Assembly (NCBI GenBank): GCA_012840345.1 | Contig: DULO01000031.1 | Location: 26,421 to 90,420, forward strand | Direction: 5' to 3' | Length of the DNA stretch: 64,000 bases | Source: Candidatus Fermentithermobacillaceae bacterium | GTDB taxonomy: Bacteria > Bacillota > Sulfobacillia > Fermentithermobacillales > Fermentithermobacillaceae | Part shown: positions 46,145-57,710 of the stretch, piece after piece | Layout of the letters: every line of letters begins with the position of its first letter | Numbering within the stretch: position 1 is the stretch's first letter | Program-made: the position numbers and the translations under genes | The notes under the pieces: generated by a model | What the model was told of the DNA's origin: nothing | Database searches by the model: none | The model's input: the letters and a program-made list of their open reading frames with translations, nothing else

Positions 46145-46310
46145 TATCGCGACTCCCGCCTCTCCTTAAGCCGCTATTAGCATCAAAACCTCCACCCTCA
46201 TGCATTCTTGCATGAGAGGTGAATTCCTGCCAAAATAAGGGCTCTTAAGGCGTCGCGGGGTTTTCGCGGGTTCGTGGGGTAACCGGACGTTGGGTTAACA
46301 TGGCTCTATA

Positions 46311-47057
46311 CTAGCTGGACGAGTGGACGAAAGAAATGACGGCTTGCCTTATGCATTCCGCAAGCTTCTGTTGGTAAGCGGGCGAACCCAGAAGGGCCTC
46401 CTCCTCAGGGTTTGATAGAAATCCCAGTTCCACGGTGGCCGCGGGGACGTTCCCATAGTTCAACATGAAATGGTCGAGGCGGGCCGAGTGTTCCCTGTCG
46501 GTATCCGTCTCTTTTCTGAGGATTTCTTGGATTAGCCTTGCCAGCTTCTCGGAGTCAGGGTGCTTCTTGGCGTTGTAGAACGTCTGTGCCCCTCTTTCCC
46601 TCGGATCGGTGAACGCGTTGCAGTGGAGAGACAGCACTATGGTGGCCCCTGAGGAGTCGATAAGGCGCTGCCTGGCGGTAACGTCGTCGATTTCGTCGGA
46701 TTCCAGGTCGTAATCTCCCGTGCGGGAGTATACGACCTTGGCCCCGCTCTTCTCCAGCCTGACCCCCAGGTACAAAGCCACGTTCAGGGCTATGTCTTTC
46801 TCGAGGTACCGGCTTCCGCAGGCCCCGGGATCGATCCCGCCGTGGCCGGGGTCTATGTATATAACCTGACCCTCCAGGGGTTTGGTGGTATCCGCCGGCT
46901 CTCCGGCCGAGATCACTCCCCGTTCAATGAGAAACGGGCGTGAAGCGGCGTAGGCGACCAACGCCAGCGCCAGAGACACGGCCACGGACAGTACAGTGTT
47001 CTTATGGACAATAACAAAAAGGGGCCGGCCGGTTTGCCTGCCCCTTCTTCTCGCCAT
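46311..47057 (-). CDS. cwlD: N-acetylmuramoyl-L-alanine amidase (Amidase_3), CwlD-like
   Basis: IDPGHGGIDPGA, EKDI, SLHCN, GAQTFY, VELGFLSNPEE; downstream of rpsI. Confidence 0.8.
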   Translation of the reverse strand: MARRRGRQTGRPLFVIVHKNTVLSVAVSLALALVAYAASRPFLIERGVISAGEPADTTKPLEGQVIYIDPGHGGIDPGACGSRYLEKDIALNVALYLGVRLEKSGAKVVYSRTGDYDLESDEIDDVTARQRLIDSSGATIVLSLHCNAFTDPRERGAQTFYNAKKHPDSEKLARLIQEILRKETDTDREHSARLDHFMLNYGNVPAATVELGFLSNPEEEALLGSPAYQQKLAECIRQAVISFVHSSS

Positions 47058-47154
47058 ACAAAATCCCCCGCGTGTTGCTTAAGTTACTCCAAAAGATATA
47101 CGGTCGGGCAAGGAAAAATGACAGACCCAACGCCTGTCAGATCCTTCCCAAAGG

Positions 47155-47544
47155 TTAACGCTTGGAGAACTGCGGAGCCTTCCTAGCCTTTTTCAGACCG
47201 TACTTGCGGCGCTCCTTCATGCGCGGGTCCCTGGTCAGGTAACCGGCTTTCTTCAGAGGAGTATGGAAGTTCTCGTCCACTTGGAGTAGAGCGCGGGCTA
47301 CTCCGTGCCTGCACGCTCCCGCCTGGCCGCTTAGGCCTCCGCCGATGACGTTTACCACGAGATCGAACTTGCCCTCGGTCTCCGTCACTCTGAAAGGCGC
47401 GATTACTTCCTGCTCCAAGCTGGGATTCATGAAGTAGCTCGATAGGTCCTTGCCGTTTATCGAGATATTGCCCGAACCCGGGGCAATCCTAACCCTGGCC
47501 ACAGCGTTTTTCCGGCGACCGGTCGCGGAAATGGTCTCTGCCAC
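47155..47544 (-). CDS. rpsI: 30S ribosomal protein S9
   Basis: [30 protein letters not shown]; GTG start. Confidence 0.98.
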   Translation of the reverse strand: MAETISATGRRKNAVARVRIAPGSGNISINGKDLSSYFMNPSLEQEVIAPFRVTETEGKFDLVVNVIGGGLSGQAGACRHGVARALLQVDENFHTPLKKAGYLTRDPRMKERRKYGLKKARKAPQFSKR

Positions 47545-47984
47545 TACAATTCTCCTCCTTGCCACACCGAAGGCTTCTGCGACTCGTGGGGATGAGTGCC
47601 GCCTCTGTAAACAAACAACCGTTTCATGAGTTTCCGTGAAAGGCGCGTGTGAGGGAGCATCCCCTTAACGGCCGTCTCAATCACCCTCTCAGGGTGCTTC
47701 TTGATCATGAACTTGTAAGGAGTAAGGCGGGCGCCTCCTGGATAGCCGGAGTGGGTGAAGAACATCTTCTGCTCCATTTTCTTGCCGGTCAGCTTGACCT
47801 TCGAAGCGTTCAATATGATAACACTATCCCCCATGTCAACCGAGGGTGTATAGGTTGGCTTGTGTTTGCCTCGGAGTATTGTCGAAACCAAGGTCGCGAG
47901 CCTTCCCAAGGGCTTTCCCTCTGCGTCAATAACCCACCATTTCCTCTGGTCAGGACTGGGTTTCGCCATGTACGTCTCGCCCAA
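47544..47984 (-). CDS. rplM: 50S ribosomal protein L13
   Basis: [29 protein letters not shown]. Confidence 0.98.
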   Translation of the reverse strand: MGETYMAKPSPDQRKWWVIDAEGKPLGRLATLVSTILRGKHKPTYTPSVDMGDSVIILNASKVKLTGKKMEQKMFFTHSGYPGGARLTPYKFMIKKHPERVIETAVKGMLPHTRLSRKLMKRLFVYRGGTHPHESQKPSVWQGGEL

Positions 47985-48026
47985 TCTAATGAAACCTCCT
48001 TAGTGCCGCCCTAGCAAGCACCATAC

Positions 48027-48055
48027 ATTCTAACTTCGTGACCTATCCCGGTCAA
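48027..48055 (-). promoter_or_regulatory. sigmaA promoter of rplM-rpsI
   Basis: TTGACC-17 nt-TAGAAT. Confidence 0.75.
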
Positions 48056-48810
48056 GAGAAGGCCACCTCTTCGAGGCATAAGCCTTTCCCGGGAAGGCAC
48101 ATGCCCCTCTCTACGCTCTCTCCCAAAAGCACTCTCTTGACTTGCCCCGGAGGCAACCGCCCCCTACCTACATCAACTAGCGTTCCAACAATGAGGCGCA
48201 CCATCTTGTACAGAAAGCCGTCGGCCGTTATGAAAAACTCCCACAGTTCGCCCTGAGAGCATTCCCTACGCGCCCACCTTGCCTTAAAGACCTCTCTCAC
48301 GGTAGTCACAGCGGACGACCCTTCCGCCCTAAAGCCCCTAAAATCGTGTTTCCCCACTAGTTCCGCCGTCTCGGCCACCATCAGGTCCCAGTCCAAGACC
48401 CCCCGGTAAGGGTAGGAGAACCTGGACCAAAACACGTCCTCAAAAGGTCCCCTCCAGATCCGGTAACAATACGTCTTGCTGACGGCGTCCCTTAAGGGAT
48501 CGAAAGACGCCGGGACTTCCTCGCACCGGTCTACCAGCACATCCGGAGGAAGCGCACCGCTGAGCGCCTCCGGCAACCTTTGGGCCGGGATGGGGTTGTG
48601 GGTAAGGAACGATACCACCTGACCCCTGGCGTGCACTCCCGCGTCGGTGCGCCCCGCGCCCCTCACGGTCACTTGATGCCCCAAGAGAGACCCGAGGCAC
48701 TCTTCCAGAACTCCTTGCACGGTTCTAGCCGATTTTTGACGCTGGAAACCGGAAAAGCAGGTGCCGTCGTACTGGACTCTGGCCTTAAGGCGACGCGTGC
48801 GGTCTTCCAG
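48052..48810 (-). CDS. truA: tRNA pseudouridine(38-40) synthase
   Basis: YDGTCFSGFQRQ (upstream of the ORF-track start), GRTDAGVHA, GFLYKMVR; CTG start at 48810 after GGAGGT. Confidence 0.93.
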   Translation of the reverse strand: MEDRTRRLKARVQYDGTCFSGFQRQKSARTVQGVLEECLGSLLGHQVTVRGAGRTDAGVHARGQVVSFLTHNPIPAQRLPEALSGALPPDVLVDRCEEVPASFDPLRDAVSKTYCYRIWRGPFEDVFWSRFSYPYRGVLDWDLMVAETAELVGKHDFRGFRAEGSSAVTTVREVFKARWARRECSQGELWEFFITADGFLYKMVRLIVGTLVDVGRGRLPPGQVKRVLLGESVERGMCLPGKGLCLEEVAFS

Positions 48811-48822
48811 AAGGCTACCTCC

Positions 48823-49650
48823 CTAGAGAGGCCTGGTAATAACCGGGCCAAACTTGATCCTTACGTAAATCACCAGCGCTGTTACCACACCGAGATACAC
48901 GAACGCAAGGTAATCCCTTAGGGCCAAATGGAACTCCCGCATCCTCGTGCGGCCTTCCCCGCCCCTATAGCCCCTGGCCTCCATCGCCATGGCAAGATCG
49001 TCGGCTCTCCGGAAAGCGCTCACGAACAAGGGCACAAGCAGCGGCACAAGGCTTTTCGCTCTTTTCACAATGTTGCCCGACTCAAAGTCGGCTCCCCTGG
49101 CCATCTGGGCTTTCATGATTCTCTCAGCTTCCTCGAGAAGCGTCGGGATGAACCTCAAGGCGATGGTCATCATCATCGCAAGCTCGTGGGCCGGCACACC
49201 CAGCCTGGCAAAAGGCTTCAAAATATCCTCAAGGCCGTCGGTGAGCTCGATGGGCGAGGTGGTGAGAGTCAGAAGCGATGTGAACATAATAAGAATCACC
49301 AGCCTAAGCCCAACGAACAAGCCCTGCACCAACCCTGCCCAGGTGGCCTTCGCGGGCCCTATCTGGAAAATGACCGGGCCGGGCGTAAGGAACAGGTGCA
49401 AAACCAGGGTGAAGAGCAGTATGAATAAGACCGGCCTTAGCCCCCTGACCAGCAACCTGATAGGAACCCTGGACAAGTAGATCGCGAGAGCGGCGAAAGC
49501 GCCCATAACAAGGAAAGCCCAGAAGTTGTTGCCGATGAACAAAACGACCATGAAAACAACCGCGATAATTATCTTGGCACGAGGGTCCATGGAGTGGACC
49601 GGTGACAAGACGGGGTAGTATTGCCCCATTATCGCCCCGCCGCCTATCAT
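48823..49650 (-). CDS. ecfT: ECF transporter T component
   Basis: DPRAK, ALRFIPTL, AQMARG, AMEARGY. Confidence 0.95.
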   Translation of the reverse strand: MIGGGAIMGQYYPVLSPVHSMDPRAKIIIAVVFMVVLFIGNNFWAFLVMGAFAALAIYLSRVPIRLLVRGLRPVLFILLFTLVLHLFLTPGPVIFQIGPAKATWAGLVQGLFVGLRLVILIMFTSLLTLTTSPIELTDGLEDILKPFARLGVPAHELAMMMTIALRFIPTLLEEAERIMKAQMARGADFESGNIVKRAKSLVPLLVPLFVSAFRRADDLAMAMEARGYRGGEGRTRMREFHLALRDYLAFVYLGVVTALVIYVRIKFGPVITRPL

Positions 49651-50507
49651 CGCGCCTCTTTCCTCCTGCCCAGTTCCTTCATTATCTCAGCGAACGCTTC
49701 CTCCACGTTCACTACGTCGACCCTAACGTCCCAGCCGCGGTTCCTGAGCCCTTCCATGAGCGCCACCACTTCGGGCGGCCTTAGCCCTATCTCTTTCACA
49801 AACTCCAACCTGCTGAAAATGTCCCGAGGAACGCCGTCGGCCACCAAACGGCCTTCGTTAAGGACTAAGAGCCTCTGGCAGAGTCTTGCCACGTCCTCCA
49901 TGTTGTGGGAAACCAGAATCACGGTCATTCCCATCCGGTGCATCTTGGAAACGTTCATGAGCACGTCGTCCCGACCGCGAGGGTCAAGCCCCGCGGCGGG
50001 TTCGTCCAGAACCAATACCTTGGGTCTCATGGAGACGACGCCCGCTATGGCTACTCTCCTAAGCTGCCCGCCTGACAACTCAAACGGGGACCTGTCCAAG
50101 AGGTCCTCGGAGAGACCTACCATCCCGCACGCCTCTCTCACCCGCCGGTCTATCTCCTCAGGGCTCAGTCCGAGGTTTTTCGGGCCGAACGCGATGTCCT
50201 CGCGAACCGTCTCCTCAAACACTTGTTGTTCGGGGAACTGGAAAACCAGCCCGACCTTTTGCCTGAGCGTTCGAAGGCTCATCCCCTTCTGCCAAATGTC
50301 CACACCGTCAACCAGCACTTGCCCGGAACTGGGCTTAAGGAGCCCGTTAAGGTGCTGGATGAGGGTGGACTTGCCCGATCCCGTGGGACCTATGAGGCCC
50401 ACAAACTCACCGTCTTCGATACGGAAAGAAACGCCCGACAGGGCGCGAGATTCAGATGTGCTGCCCTTGTTGTATATATGGGTTAAGTCCCTGACTTCAA
50501 TCGGCAT
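49647..50507 (-). CDS. ecfA2: ECF transporter ATPase A2
   Basis: [26 protein letters not shown]. Confidence 0.95.
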   Translation of the reverse strand: MPIEVRDLTHIYNKGSTSESRALSGVSFRIEDGEFVGLIGPTGSGKSTLIQHLNGLLKPSSGQVLVDGVDIWQKGMSLRTLRQKVGLVFQFPEQQVFEETVREDIAFGPKNLGLSPEEIDRRVREACGMVGLSEDLLDRSPFELSGGQLRRVAIAGVVSMRPKVLVLDEPAAGLDPRGRDDVLMNVSKMHRMGMTVILVSHNMEDVARLCQRLLVLNEGRLVADGVPRDIFSRLEFVKEIGLRPPEVVALMEGLRNRGWDVRVDVVNVEEAFAEIMKELGRRKEAR

Positions 50508-51337
50508 AGTTCATCCACCAGTTCGTCAACTGAAAGGGCGTCAGGTCTTACGTTGACTCCGGCCGCGGCCAGCATAGCCGAGAGTTTGCCCAACTGGGGA
50601 ACGTCAAGCCCCAAAGACAAGAGCTCGTCTCTCTTCTGAAATACCTCTCTAGGCGGCCCTTCCATAATCACTTTTCCTCGGTCCATGACCAGAACTCTAT
50701 CGGCGAACAGCGCCTCGTCCATGTAGTGGGTAATGTGGATCACAGTGAGCCCGTGTTCCTTGTTGATCTGGCGGACCGCGTTCATCACTTCGACCCTTCC
50801 GCGGGGATCCAGCATGGCCGTAGGCTCGTCCAAAATCACGCACATAGGCTCCATGGCAAGTACGCCCGCTATGGCAACCCTTTGCTTCTGTCCTCCCGAC
50901 AACAGGTGTGGAGCATGACGACGGTAAGACAGCATTCCGACAAAGCCTAGGCATTTTTCGACCCTCTGCCTGATCTCAGCCGGCTTGACCCCAAGGTTCT
51001 CCGGGCCAAAGGCCACGTCTTCCTCGACCACTGTCGCCACTATCTGGTTGTCGGGGTTTTGAAACACCATTCCCGCGTTCTTGCGGATTTCCCAGGTGTG
51101 GGCCGGGTCTTTGGTGTTCATGCCGAAGACCACGACGTCTCCCTGGTCTGGAAGCAATAGGGCGTTAAAATGCTTGGCCAGGGTAGACTTGCCCGACCCG
51201 TTGGGCCCGATAATCACGAGGAATTCTCCTCGCGATACCTTGATATCCACCCCGGCCAGCGCTATTACCTGTTGAGCCTCGCCTACTTCGTACTTGTGGT
51301 AAAGCCCTGTGGTTTCGATTCCGGTCTCCTCAACCAT
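50483..51337 (-). CDS. ecfA1: ECF transporter ATPase A1
   Basis: [30 protein letters not shown]. Confidence 0.95.
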   Translation of the reverse strand: MVEETGIETTGLYHKYEVGEAQQVIALAGVDIKVSRGEFLVIIGPNGSGKSTLAKHFNALLLPDQGDVVVFGMNTKDPAHTWEIRKNAGMVFQNPDNQIVATVVEEDVAFGPENLGVKPAEIRQRVEKCLGFVGMLSYRRHAPHLLSGGQKQRVAIAGVLAMEPMCVILDEPTAMLDPRGRVEVMNAVRQINKEHGLTVIHITHYMDEALFADRVLVMDRGKVIMEGPPREVFQKRDELLSLGLDVPQLGKLSAMLAAAGVNVRPDALSVDELVDELCRLKSGT

Positions 51338-51350
51338 TTCGGCTTGCCAC

Positions 51351-51701
51351 TTACTTCTCCGGCTTTACCAGTTCAACTATGGCCATGGGCGCTCCGTCCC
51401 CGCGCCTCTGGCGGGTTTCCAGAATCCTGGTGTAACCACCTTGACGGTGGGCATACCGCGGGCCAAGGGTTTCAAAGAGCTTCTTTACCACGTCCTCGTC
51501 GTAAAGGTAGGCTAGAGCTCTCCGGCGCGCTGCCAGGTTGTCCTGTTTGGCCAGACTTATCATTTTTTCGGACAGGGTCTGAGCGGCTTTTGCCTTGGTC
51601 AGAGTCGTCTCAACCCGCTCCGTTTTCAACAGCGATGTAACCAACCCGCGCAATAGGGCCTTGCGCTGGGCAGTGGAACGATCAAAACGCGAGTAACCCA
51701 A
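51351..51701 (-). CDS. rplQ: 50S ribosomal protein L17
   Basis: [29 protein letters not shown]. Confidence 0.97.
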   Translation of the reverse strand: MGYSRFDRSTAQRKALLRGLVTSLLKTERVETTLTKAKAAQTLSEKMISLAKQDNLAARRRALAYLYDEDVVKKLFETLGPRYAHRQGGYTRILETRQRRGDGAPMAIVELVKPEK

Positions 51702-51714
51702 ATCTACTTCCCCC

Positions 51715-52665
51715 TTACTCTTCCTCAGGGCGGAAAGCCAATCCCATCTCGGCAAGCTTGTTCTTGACTTCCTCTAGGGATTTCTTGCCCATGTTCCTTA
51801 CCTTGGAGATCTCTTCTTCGGTCTTCTGAATGAGTTCTCCGACAGTGTTGATGCCCGCTCTCTTTAGGCAGTTGAAAGACCGCATGGAGAGTTCCAGTTC
51901 CTCAATGGGCATCTCCAGCACTTTCTCGACTTCGGACTTCTCGACGTACTCCTCGTCACCCCTGTCTTCCTTGACACGGGCCGAGAGGTCTATAAACATG
52001 CGGAAGTGGCCTATGAGAATGTCGGCAGCCCTCTCCAACGCCTCGTCGGGGCGAATGCTTCCGTCGGTCCAGATCTCCAGCGTCAGCTTGTCAAAGTCCG
52101 TCCTCTGCCCTACACGAGTATTCTCTATCGTATAGTTCACCTTAGTGACGGGGGTAAAACGGGAGTCAATGGCGATCATCCCGATGGGCTGGTTGGGGAT
52201 CTTGTTGGCCTCCGCCGTCACGTAACCCCTGCCTTCTTCGATGGTAAGCTCAATGAAGAGCCTCCCGCCCACGTCGATCTCGGCTATGTGAAGGTCGGGG
52301 TTGATTATCTCGACGTCGGGGTCACAGATGATGTCCCTGCCCGTAACCTCTGCCGGCCCTTCTTTCTCTATCCTGGCCACTTTTGGTCCTGGGCTGTGAA
52401 GCTGGACCACAAGTTCCTTGAGGTTAAGGATGATATCTGTTACGTCCTCTTTGACAGCGGGAATAGTCGAAAACTCGTGCAACACACCGTCAATGCTTAG
52501 CCTGGTGACCGCTGCCCCGGGGAGCGACGACAGGAGTACTCGCCGCAAGGAATTGCCCACAGTGACTCCGTAGCCGGGCTCCAACGGCTCGACGACGAAT
52601 CGACCGTACCGCTTGTCCGGCGCTATTTCCTCGCACTCCACTCTCGCCTCTATCAAATCTAACAC
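51715..52665 (-). CDS. rpoA: RNA polymerase alpha subunit (start codon approximate)
   Basis: [50 protein letters not shown]. Confidence 0.98.
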   Translation of the reverse strand: MLDLIEARVECEEIAPDKRYGRFVVEPLEPGYGVTVGNSLRRVLLSSLPGAAVTRLSIDGVLHEFSTIPAVKEDVTDIILNLKELVVQLHSPGPKVARIEKEGPAEVTGRDIICDPDVEIINPDLHIAEIDVGGRLFIELTIEEGRGYVTAEANKIPNQPIGMIAIDSRFTPVTKVNYTIENTRVGQRTDFDKLTLEIWTDGSIRPDEALERAADILIGHFRMFIDLSARVKEDRGDEEYVEKSEVEKVLEMPIEELELSMRSFNCLKRAGINTVGELIQKTEEEISKVRNMGKKSLEEVKNKLAEMGLAFRPEEE

Positions 52666-52709
52666 TCTGGCAGTGCCCCCTTCAATTTCAAGGCTCAATC
52701 GGGGTGAGC

Positions 52710-53330
52710 TTACTTAGAGTAGAGCTCAACGATCAAACGCTCGTCTACCGGCGCGTCTACTTCATCCCGTTCCGGCAACCGGAGGATGGTGCACTTCCAG
52801 TTCTGCGCGTCCAAAGACATCCAAGCCGGAACGTTGTGCCCCTGAAGCCCTTCCGCCATGGCCTTGAACTTGTCGGATTTCAGAGCGCGTGGACGAACGG
52901 CAATCACATCGCCCGGAGAGACCAGGTACGAAGGAATGTCGACCTTGTGGCCGTTGACCTCCAAGTGCCCGTGTCCGATAAGCTGCCTGGCTTCCTTTCT
53001 GGACTGCGCGAAACCGGCGCGGTAGACCACGTTATCCAACCTTCGCTCCAACAAGATCATGAGGGTCTCGCCGGTGACGCCGCGAGTCCTGGTGGCGCGG
53101 GCGAAATAGTTTCTAAACTGTCTCTCCCCGACCCCGTAAAACCTTCTGGCCTTCTGCTTCTCGCGAAGCTGAGTGCCGTACTCGCTCGGTCGTCTTACTC
53201 TTCCGTGGACACCGGGAGGAGTCGACCTCTTCTCGAAGGTGCACTTGGTGAAGCACTTCTCGCCCTTCAAGTAAAGTTTCTGACTCTCGCGCCTGCATAG
53301 CCTGCAGGAAGGTCCTGTATACCTGGACAT
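52710..53330 (-). CDS. rpsD: 30S ribosomal protein S4 (Zn-ribbon form)
   Basis: [29 protein letters not shown]. Confidence 0.98.
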   Translation of the reverse strand: MSRYTGPSCRLCRRESQKLYLKGEKCFTKCTFEKRSTPPGVHGRVRRPSEYGTQLREKQKARRFYGVGERQFRNYFARATRTRGVTGETLMILLERRLDNVVYRAGFAQSRKEARQLIGHGHLEVNGHKVDIPSYLVSPGDVIAVRPRALKSDKFKAMAEGLQGHNVPAWMSLDAQNWKCTILRLPERDEVDAPVDERLIVELYSK

Positions 53331-53341
53331 ATTGTGCCTCC

Positions 53342-53731
53342 TTACACCCTTCGTCTCTTAGGCGGCCGGCATCCGTTGTGGGGAACCGGGGTAACGTCCT
53401 TGATCATCGTTACCTCGAGACCCGCGGCTTGCAGCGCTCGGATGGCGGCTTCTCTGCCCGCTCCAGGGCCTTTGACCATGACTTCAACTTCCCTCATGCC
53501 CTGGTCAATAGCGGCTTTGGCCGCGGATTCGGCCGCGAGCTGAGCGGCAAAAGGCGTGCTCTTCCTGGAGCCCTTAAAACCCTGCTTGCCCGCGGTCGAC
53601 CATGAGACGGTCCCGCCCTGGGTATCGGTAATGCTGACTATGGTGTTGTTAAAAGTCGATTTGATGTGGGCTACGCCCTTTTCCACGACCCTGCGTTCTC
53701 TTCTTCTGGGCCGCTGTTCCCTCTTAGCCAA
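53342..53731 (-). CDS. rpsK: 30S ribosomal protein S11
   Basis: [26 protein letters not shown]. Confidence 0.98.
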   Translation of the reverse strand: MAKREQRPRRRERRVVEKGVAHIKSTFNNTIVSITDTQGGTVSWSTAGKQGFKGSRKSTPFAAQLAAESAAKAAIDQGMREVEVMVKGPGAGREAAIRALQAAGLEVTMIKDVTPVPHNGCRPPKRRRV

Positions 53732-53752
53732 CTCTATCGCGCCTCCCTACCG

Positions 53753-54124
53753 TTACTTCTTCCGCCTGACCCCAACCGTCTTCTTGGGACCTTTACGAGT
53801 TCTCGCGTTGGTTTGGGTCCTTTGGCCTCTGACGGGAAGGCCTCTGCGGTGACGCAGACCCCTGTAGGTGCCTAGGTCGATCAACCTCTTTATGTTGAGC
53901 TGAGTCTCGGTACGGAGGTCTCCCTCGACCTTAAAGTTGTTGTCGATGTACTCCCTGATACGCGCTATTTCCTCTTCAGTGAGGTCACGCACGCGAGTGT
54001 CCGGGCTCACCCCGGTCTTGGTCAAAATCTCTTTCGCCCTGGTAGGTCCTATTCCATAAATATACGGTAGGGCGGCTTCCACCCTCTTGTCTCTCGGCAA
54101 GTCCACTCCGGCTATACGAGCCAT
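53753..54124 (-). CDS. rpsM: 30S ribosomal protein S13
   Basis: [26 protein letters not shown]. Confidence 0.98.
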   Translation of the reverse strand: MARIAGVDLPRDKRVEAALPYIYGIGPTRAKEILTKTGVSPDTRVRDLTEEEIARIREYIDNNFKVEGDLRTETQLNIKRLIDLGTYRGLRHRRGLPVRGQRTQTNARTRKGPKKTVGVRRKK

Positions 54125-54139
54125 TACCTCACCCCCTGC

Positions 54140-54253
54140 TTAACCCTGTTTCTGCTTGTGCTTCGGATTGGAGCACAAGACCATTATCCTACCGTGCCGT
54201 TTGATGATGCGGCACTTCTCGCATATCCTCTTAACCGAAGGTCTAACCTTCAC
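54140..54253 (-). CDS. rpmJ: 50S ribosomal protein L36
   Basis: Below the ORF-track cutoff; manual translation [37 protein letters not shown]. Confidence 0.98.
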   Translation of the reverse strand: MKVRPSVKRICEKCRIIKRHGRIMVLCSNPKHKQKQG

Positions 54254-54294
54254 GATTGAACCCCCCTCTTTGAAAGGACACTCCCGCGAATGTC

Positions 54295-54513
54295 CTATCT
54301 CATCCGCCGGACAATCCTGCCGCGGGTGAGATCGTACGGGCTAAGCTCTAGGAGAACCCTGTCTCCGGGAAGGATCTTGATGAAGTTAATCCTCATCTTG
54401 CCCGAAATGTGGGCCAGGACCTTGTGCCCTCCCTCAATCTCCACCCGAAACATGGCATTGGGTAGCGGCTCTACGACTCTGCCTTCGACCTCAATGCTGT
54501 CTTGCTTCGGCAT
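54295..54513 (-). CDS. infA: translation initiation factor IF-1
   Basis: [31 protein letters not shown]. Confidence 0.98.
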   Translation of the reverse strand: MPKQDSIEVEGRVVEPLPNAMFRVEIEGGHKVLAHISGKMRINFIKILPGDRVLLELSPYDLTRGRIVRRMR

Positions 54514-54562
54514 GTTATTCCCCCTCGTATCCCTAAGGAAAGTCTGTCCACGCGCTGGGAAC

Positions 54563-55306
54563 TTATACCAAAGTAAGGCACCTCGGGCCGTCGGATGTGA
54601 CAGCCACCGTGTGCTCAAAGTGCGCCGACAAAGACCCGTCGCGGGTCACGACCCGCATATTGGGATAAGTCACTACTTCCCAGGTGCCTACGTTGACCAT
54701 GGGTTCTATGGCGATTACCATGCCCCTTCTAAGACGGGGCCCCATCCCGGGTATCCCGAAGTTGGGGACGCTCGGCTCCTCGTGCATGTCCCTGCCTACG
54801 CCGTGTCCGGCGTAGTCGCGGACGACGCTAAAGCCGTACTTCCTTACATGCTGGCTAATCGCGTAACCGATGTCGCCTATGAACCCGTTCTCTCTGACTT
54901 GAGCAATGCCAAGGGCTAAAGCTTCGCTCGTAGCCTTCAACAGTCTAGAGGCTTCCGGAGAGATCTTCCCTACCGGGAAAGTCATGGCGGTGTCACCGAC
55001 AAAACCGCCGTAAGTCGCCCCTACGTCTATTGAGACAATGTCGCCTTCTTTTAGCCGGGTATCGTCAGGAGTCCCGTGGACGACTACCTCATTTACGGAC
55101 GCGCAGATGGTAGCGGGAAACCCTTGGTAACCCTTGAAAGTGGGTATCGCGCCGTGTTTCCTGATAAATGCTTCAGCGGCCGCGTCGAGTTCCCGGGTGG
55201 TTATGCCCGGCTCGATCATTGACCCCACCATCTGGAGGCACAGCCCGGCGATTCGGCCTGCCTGAGCCATAACCTCTATTTCGCTATCGCTCTTAAGAAA
55301 TATCAT
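54563..55306 (-). CDS. map: methionine aminopeptidase type I
   Basis: [35 protein letters not shown]. Confidence 0.97.
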   Translation of the reverse strand: MIFLKSDSEIEVMAQAGRIAGLCLQMVGSMIEPGITTRELDAAAEAFIRKHGAIPTFKGYQGFPATICASVNEVVVHGTPDDTRLKEGDIVSIDVGATYGGFVGDTAMTFPVGKISPEASRLLKATSEALALGIAQVRENGFIGDIGYAISQHVRKYGFSVVRDYAGHGVGRDMHEEPSVPNFGIPGMGPRLRRGMVIAIEPMVNVGTWEVVTYPNMRVVTRDGSLSAHFEHTVAVTSDGPRCLTLV

Positions 55307-55331
55307 TTGTGCATCTCATCTCGGTCTTTGT

Positions 55332-55994
55332 TCACGGTTTCACCGCTTGACGTTTCAAAACGGCCGAGACCACCGCCGAAGTCACTTCCGCGGGAGGCCG
55401 GCACCCGTCCACAGTCACGAGTTCTCCTTTGTTGGCGTAGTACTCGACCAACGGTTCGGAGTACTTGTGATAGACCCGGCACCTTTCAATAACCGTTTCT
55501 TCCGCGTCGTCTGCCCTGGCGACAAGTTCGCCGCCGCACCGATCACATTTCCCGGCTACCGCCGGGGGATGCGACGCCAGGTTGTAGGGGGCGCCGCATA
55601 CGGAACACACCCTTCTATTCCTGGCCCGCTCTAAGATGGCCTCTTCCGTCACCTCAAGATTCACAGCGCAGTCCAGCCTCTTACCCAGCTTAGCGAGGAT
55701 CTCATCCAACGCTTCGGCCTGGGCTAGGTTCCTGGGGAACCCATCCAACACGAATCCCGAGTCGCACTCTTTGGACGACAGGCTCTTTTCCATGAGCTTT
55801 ATTGTCACGCTGTCGTCCACCAGCTCGCCTTTGGCCATGGCGGTCTCAACCAGACGCCCTAATTCGGTACCGGCCTTTACCTCCCGTCGAAACATGTCTC
55901 CGGGAGATATATGCGCGATCCCAAACCTCTCGGCCAACGCCTTGGCTTGGGTGCCCTTCCCGGAACCCGGCGGGCCCAACAGCACTAGATTCAC
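55332..55994 (-). CDS. adk: adenylate kinase (Zn-lid)
   Basis: GPPGSGKGTQ, LDGFPR, CSVC..CDRC lid. Confidence 0.97.
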   Translation of the reverse strand: MNLVLLGPPGSGKGTQAKALAERFGIAHISPGDMFRREVKAGTELGRLVETAMAKGELVDDSVTIKLMEKSLSSKECDSGFVLDGFPRNLAQAEALDEILAKLGKRLDCAVNLEVTEEAILERARNRRVCSVCGAPYNLASHPPAVAGKCDRCGGELVARADDAEETVIERCRVYHKYSEPLVEYYANKGELVTVDGCRPPAEVTSAVVSAVLKRQAVKP

Positions 55995-56006
55995 AACGAT
56001 CGCCTC

Positions 56007-57269
56007 TTACTTCAGGAACCCTTGATAGTTCCTCATGACCAGCTGGGCTTCGATCTGTTTCATAACATCCAAAGCCACGCCCACCACGATTAGGAGAGCT
56101 GTCCCGCCTAGAGCGTGAAATCCCGGAAGACCCGTAAGCTGGATCATGAAGTTCGGCAGAATCGCCACTAAGGCTAAGAACAAGCCTCCGACTACGGTGA
56201 TTCTGGTCACAACCCTTGAAAGCGCGTCCGCGGTGGGCCTGCCCGGTCTTATGCCGGGGATAAACCCGCCGTACTTCCTCATGTTGTCCGCGATGTCAAA
56301 CGGGTTGAAGATCATGCCCGTGTAGAAAAAGGTGAAACCGAATATCAACAGGGCATACAACGCAGTATACCACGGCTGAGTATAGTCGAAAATCTCTCCC
56401 AGCTTTTGCGCCCACGGCGCCTTAACGAACGACGCGATGGTGGCCGGGAACGACAAGAGGGACGAAGCGAAGATGACCGGGATGACTCCCGCCTGGTTGA
56501 TCTTGATAGGAATGTGGGTGGAGTAGCCCCCCATCATCTTCCTTCCTACTACCCTCTTAGAATACTGAACCGGGATCCTTCTCTCGCCCTCCGTAATCCA
56601 GATGACCAAGAAAATGGTGAGCACTGAGATTACGAGCATGGCCAATACGTTGTACCACGCGGTCTGACCCGCCTTAAGCAGGGTGTAAATCTGGTACAAC
56701 TCCGCGGGCATCTCCGTGATGATACCTCCGAATATGAACAGGGAGATGCCGTTGCCGATGCCCTTCTCGGTGATGAGTTCGCCAAGCCACATAAGAAACG
56801 CGGTGCCTGCCACGAGGCTCAACATAGCTTCTATCGCCAGCCATACGGACTGGGAAACAAGAGCGCCTCTCGCCCGAATGGCCCACGTCATGCCAAACGC
56901 CTGGATAGACGCCAGTATGACGGTCGCGTACCTCGTATAACCCTGAAGCGTCTTGCGCCCGTCCTCGTCCTTGGACATCTCTTCCCACTTGGGGATAACC
57001 ATCTGGAGGAGCTGCATAATAATCGAGGCGTTGATGTAGGGATAAATCCCCATGGCAAACACCGAATAGTTGCTGAGCGCTCCGCCAGAGAAGAGGTCCA
57101 TGAACGCGAATAAGGTTCCCTCTCCAAAAAGGGTCGCAATGACCCCAGGCACTATTCCCGGAACGGGAACGGCGACTCCTGCCCTGTACACTATGAGCAT
57201 GCCGACAGTAACCAGGATCCTCTTTCGAAGATCTGGGACGCGCCACGCGTTGCGCAGGGTGGCGAACAT
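56007..57269 (-). CDS. secY: preprotein translocase SecY
   Basis: MGIYPYINASII, GIGNGISL, AGVIPVIFA, FIPGIRPG. Confidence 0.98.
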   Translation of the reverse strand: MFATLRNAWRVPDLRKRILVTVGMLIVYRAGVAVPVPGIVPGVIATLFGEGTLFAFMDLFSGGALSNYSVFAMGIYPYINASIIMQLLQMVIPKWEEMSKDEDGRKTLQGYTRYATVILASIQAFGMTWAIRARGALVSQSVWLAIEAMLSLVAGTAFLMWLGELITEKGIGNGISLFIFGGIITEMPAELYQIYTLLKAGQTAWYNVLAMLVISVLTIFLVIWITEGERRIPVQYSKRVVGRKMMGGYSTHIPIKINQAGVIPVIFASSLLSFPATIASFVKAPWAQKLGEIFDYTQPWYTALYALLIFGFTFFYTGMIFNPFDIADNMRKYGGFIPGIRPGRPTADALSRVVTRITVVGGLFLALVAILPNFMIQLTGLPGFHALGGTALLIVVGVALDVMKQIEAQLVMRNYQGFLK

Positions 57270-57710
57270 CTATATCACCTCGACCTTGCCGCCAGCGGTC
57301 TCGATTTTCTCCTTTGCCGACTGTGAGAAGGCATGGGCCTTGACGGTAAGGGCCTTGTCCAAAGAGCCTTCTCCCAAGACTTTAAGGAAGGAAGCGTTTC
57401 TTCTCATGAGGCCCGCGGCCTTAAGCTCCTCGGGACCAACCTCAGCGCCTTCGTCGAACCTCGTGAGAGAGCCCACGTTAACCAGGTCGTAGACCACGGC
57501 GAACTTGTTGTGGAACCCGCGCTTGGGGAGCCTCATGGTGAGCCTCATCTGGCCGCCTTCAAAGCCGGGACCCTTGGTGCCGCCCGAACGCGACTTTTGG
57601 CCTTTGTGGCCGCGTCCCGCGGTCTTTCCGTTACCGGATCCAAGCCCTTGTCCCTTGCGCTTGGCCTTCTTTACGGAACCCGGGATTGGTTTAAGATCAT
57701 GCAGTTCCAT
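57270..57710 (-). CDS. rplO: 50S ribosomal protein L15
   Basis: [27 protein letters not shown]. Confidence 0.98.
   Translation of the reverse strand: MELHDLKPIPGSVKKAKRKGQGLGSGNGKTAGRGHKGQKSRSGGTKGPGFEGGQMRLTMRLPKRGFHNKFAVVYDLVNVGSLTRFDEGAEVGPEELKAAGLMRRNASFLKVLGEGSLDKALTVKAHAFSQSAKEKIETAGGKVEVI

Noticed and set aside
47092-47122. SigmaE-like promoter (GTCAT...CGTATATC) before cwlD
   Set aside because: The spacer is about 2 nt short and the -10 imperfect; not supportable.
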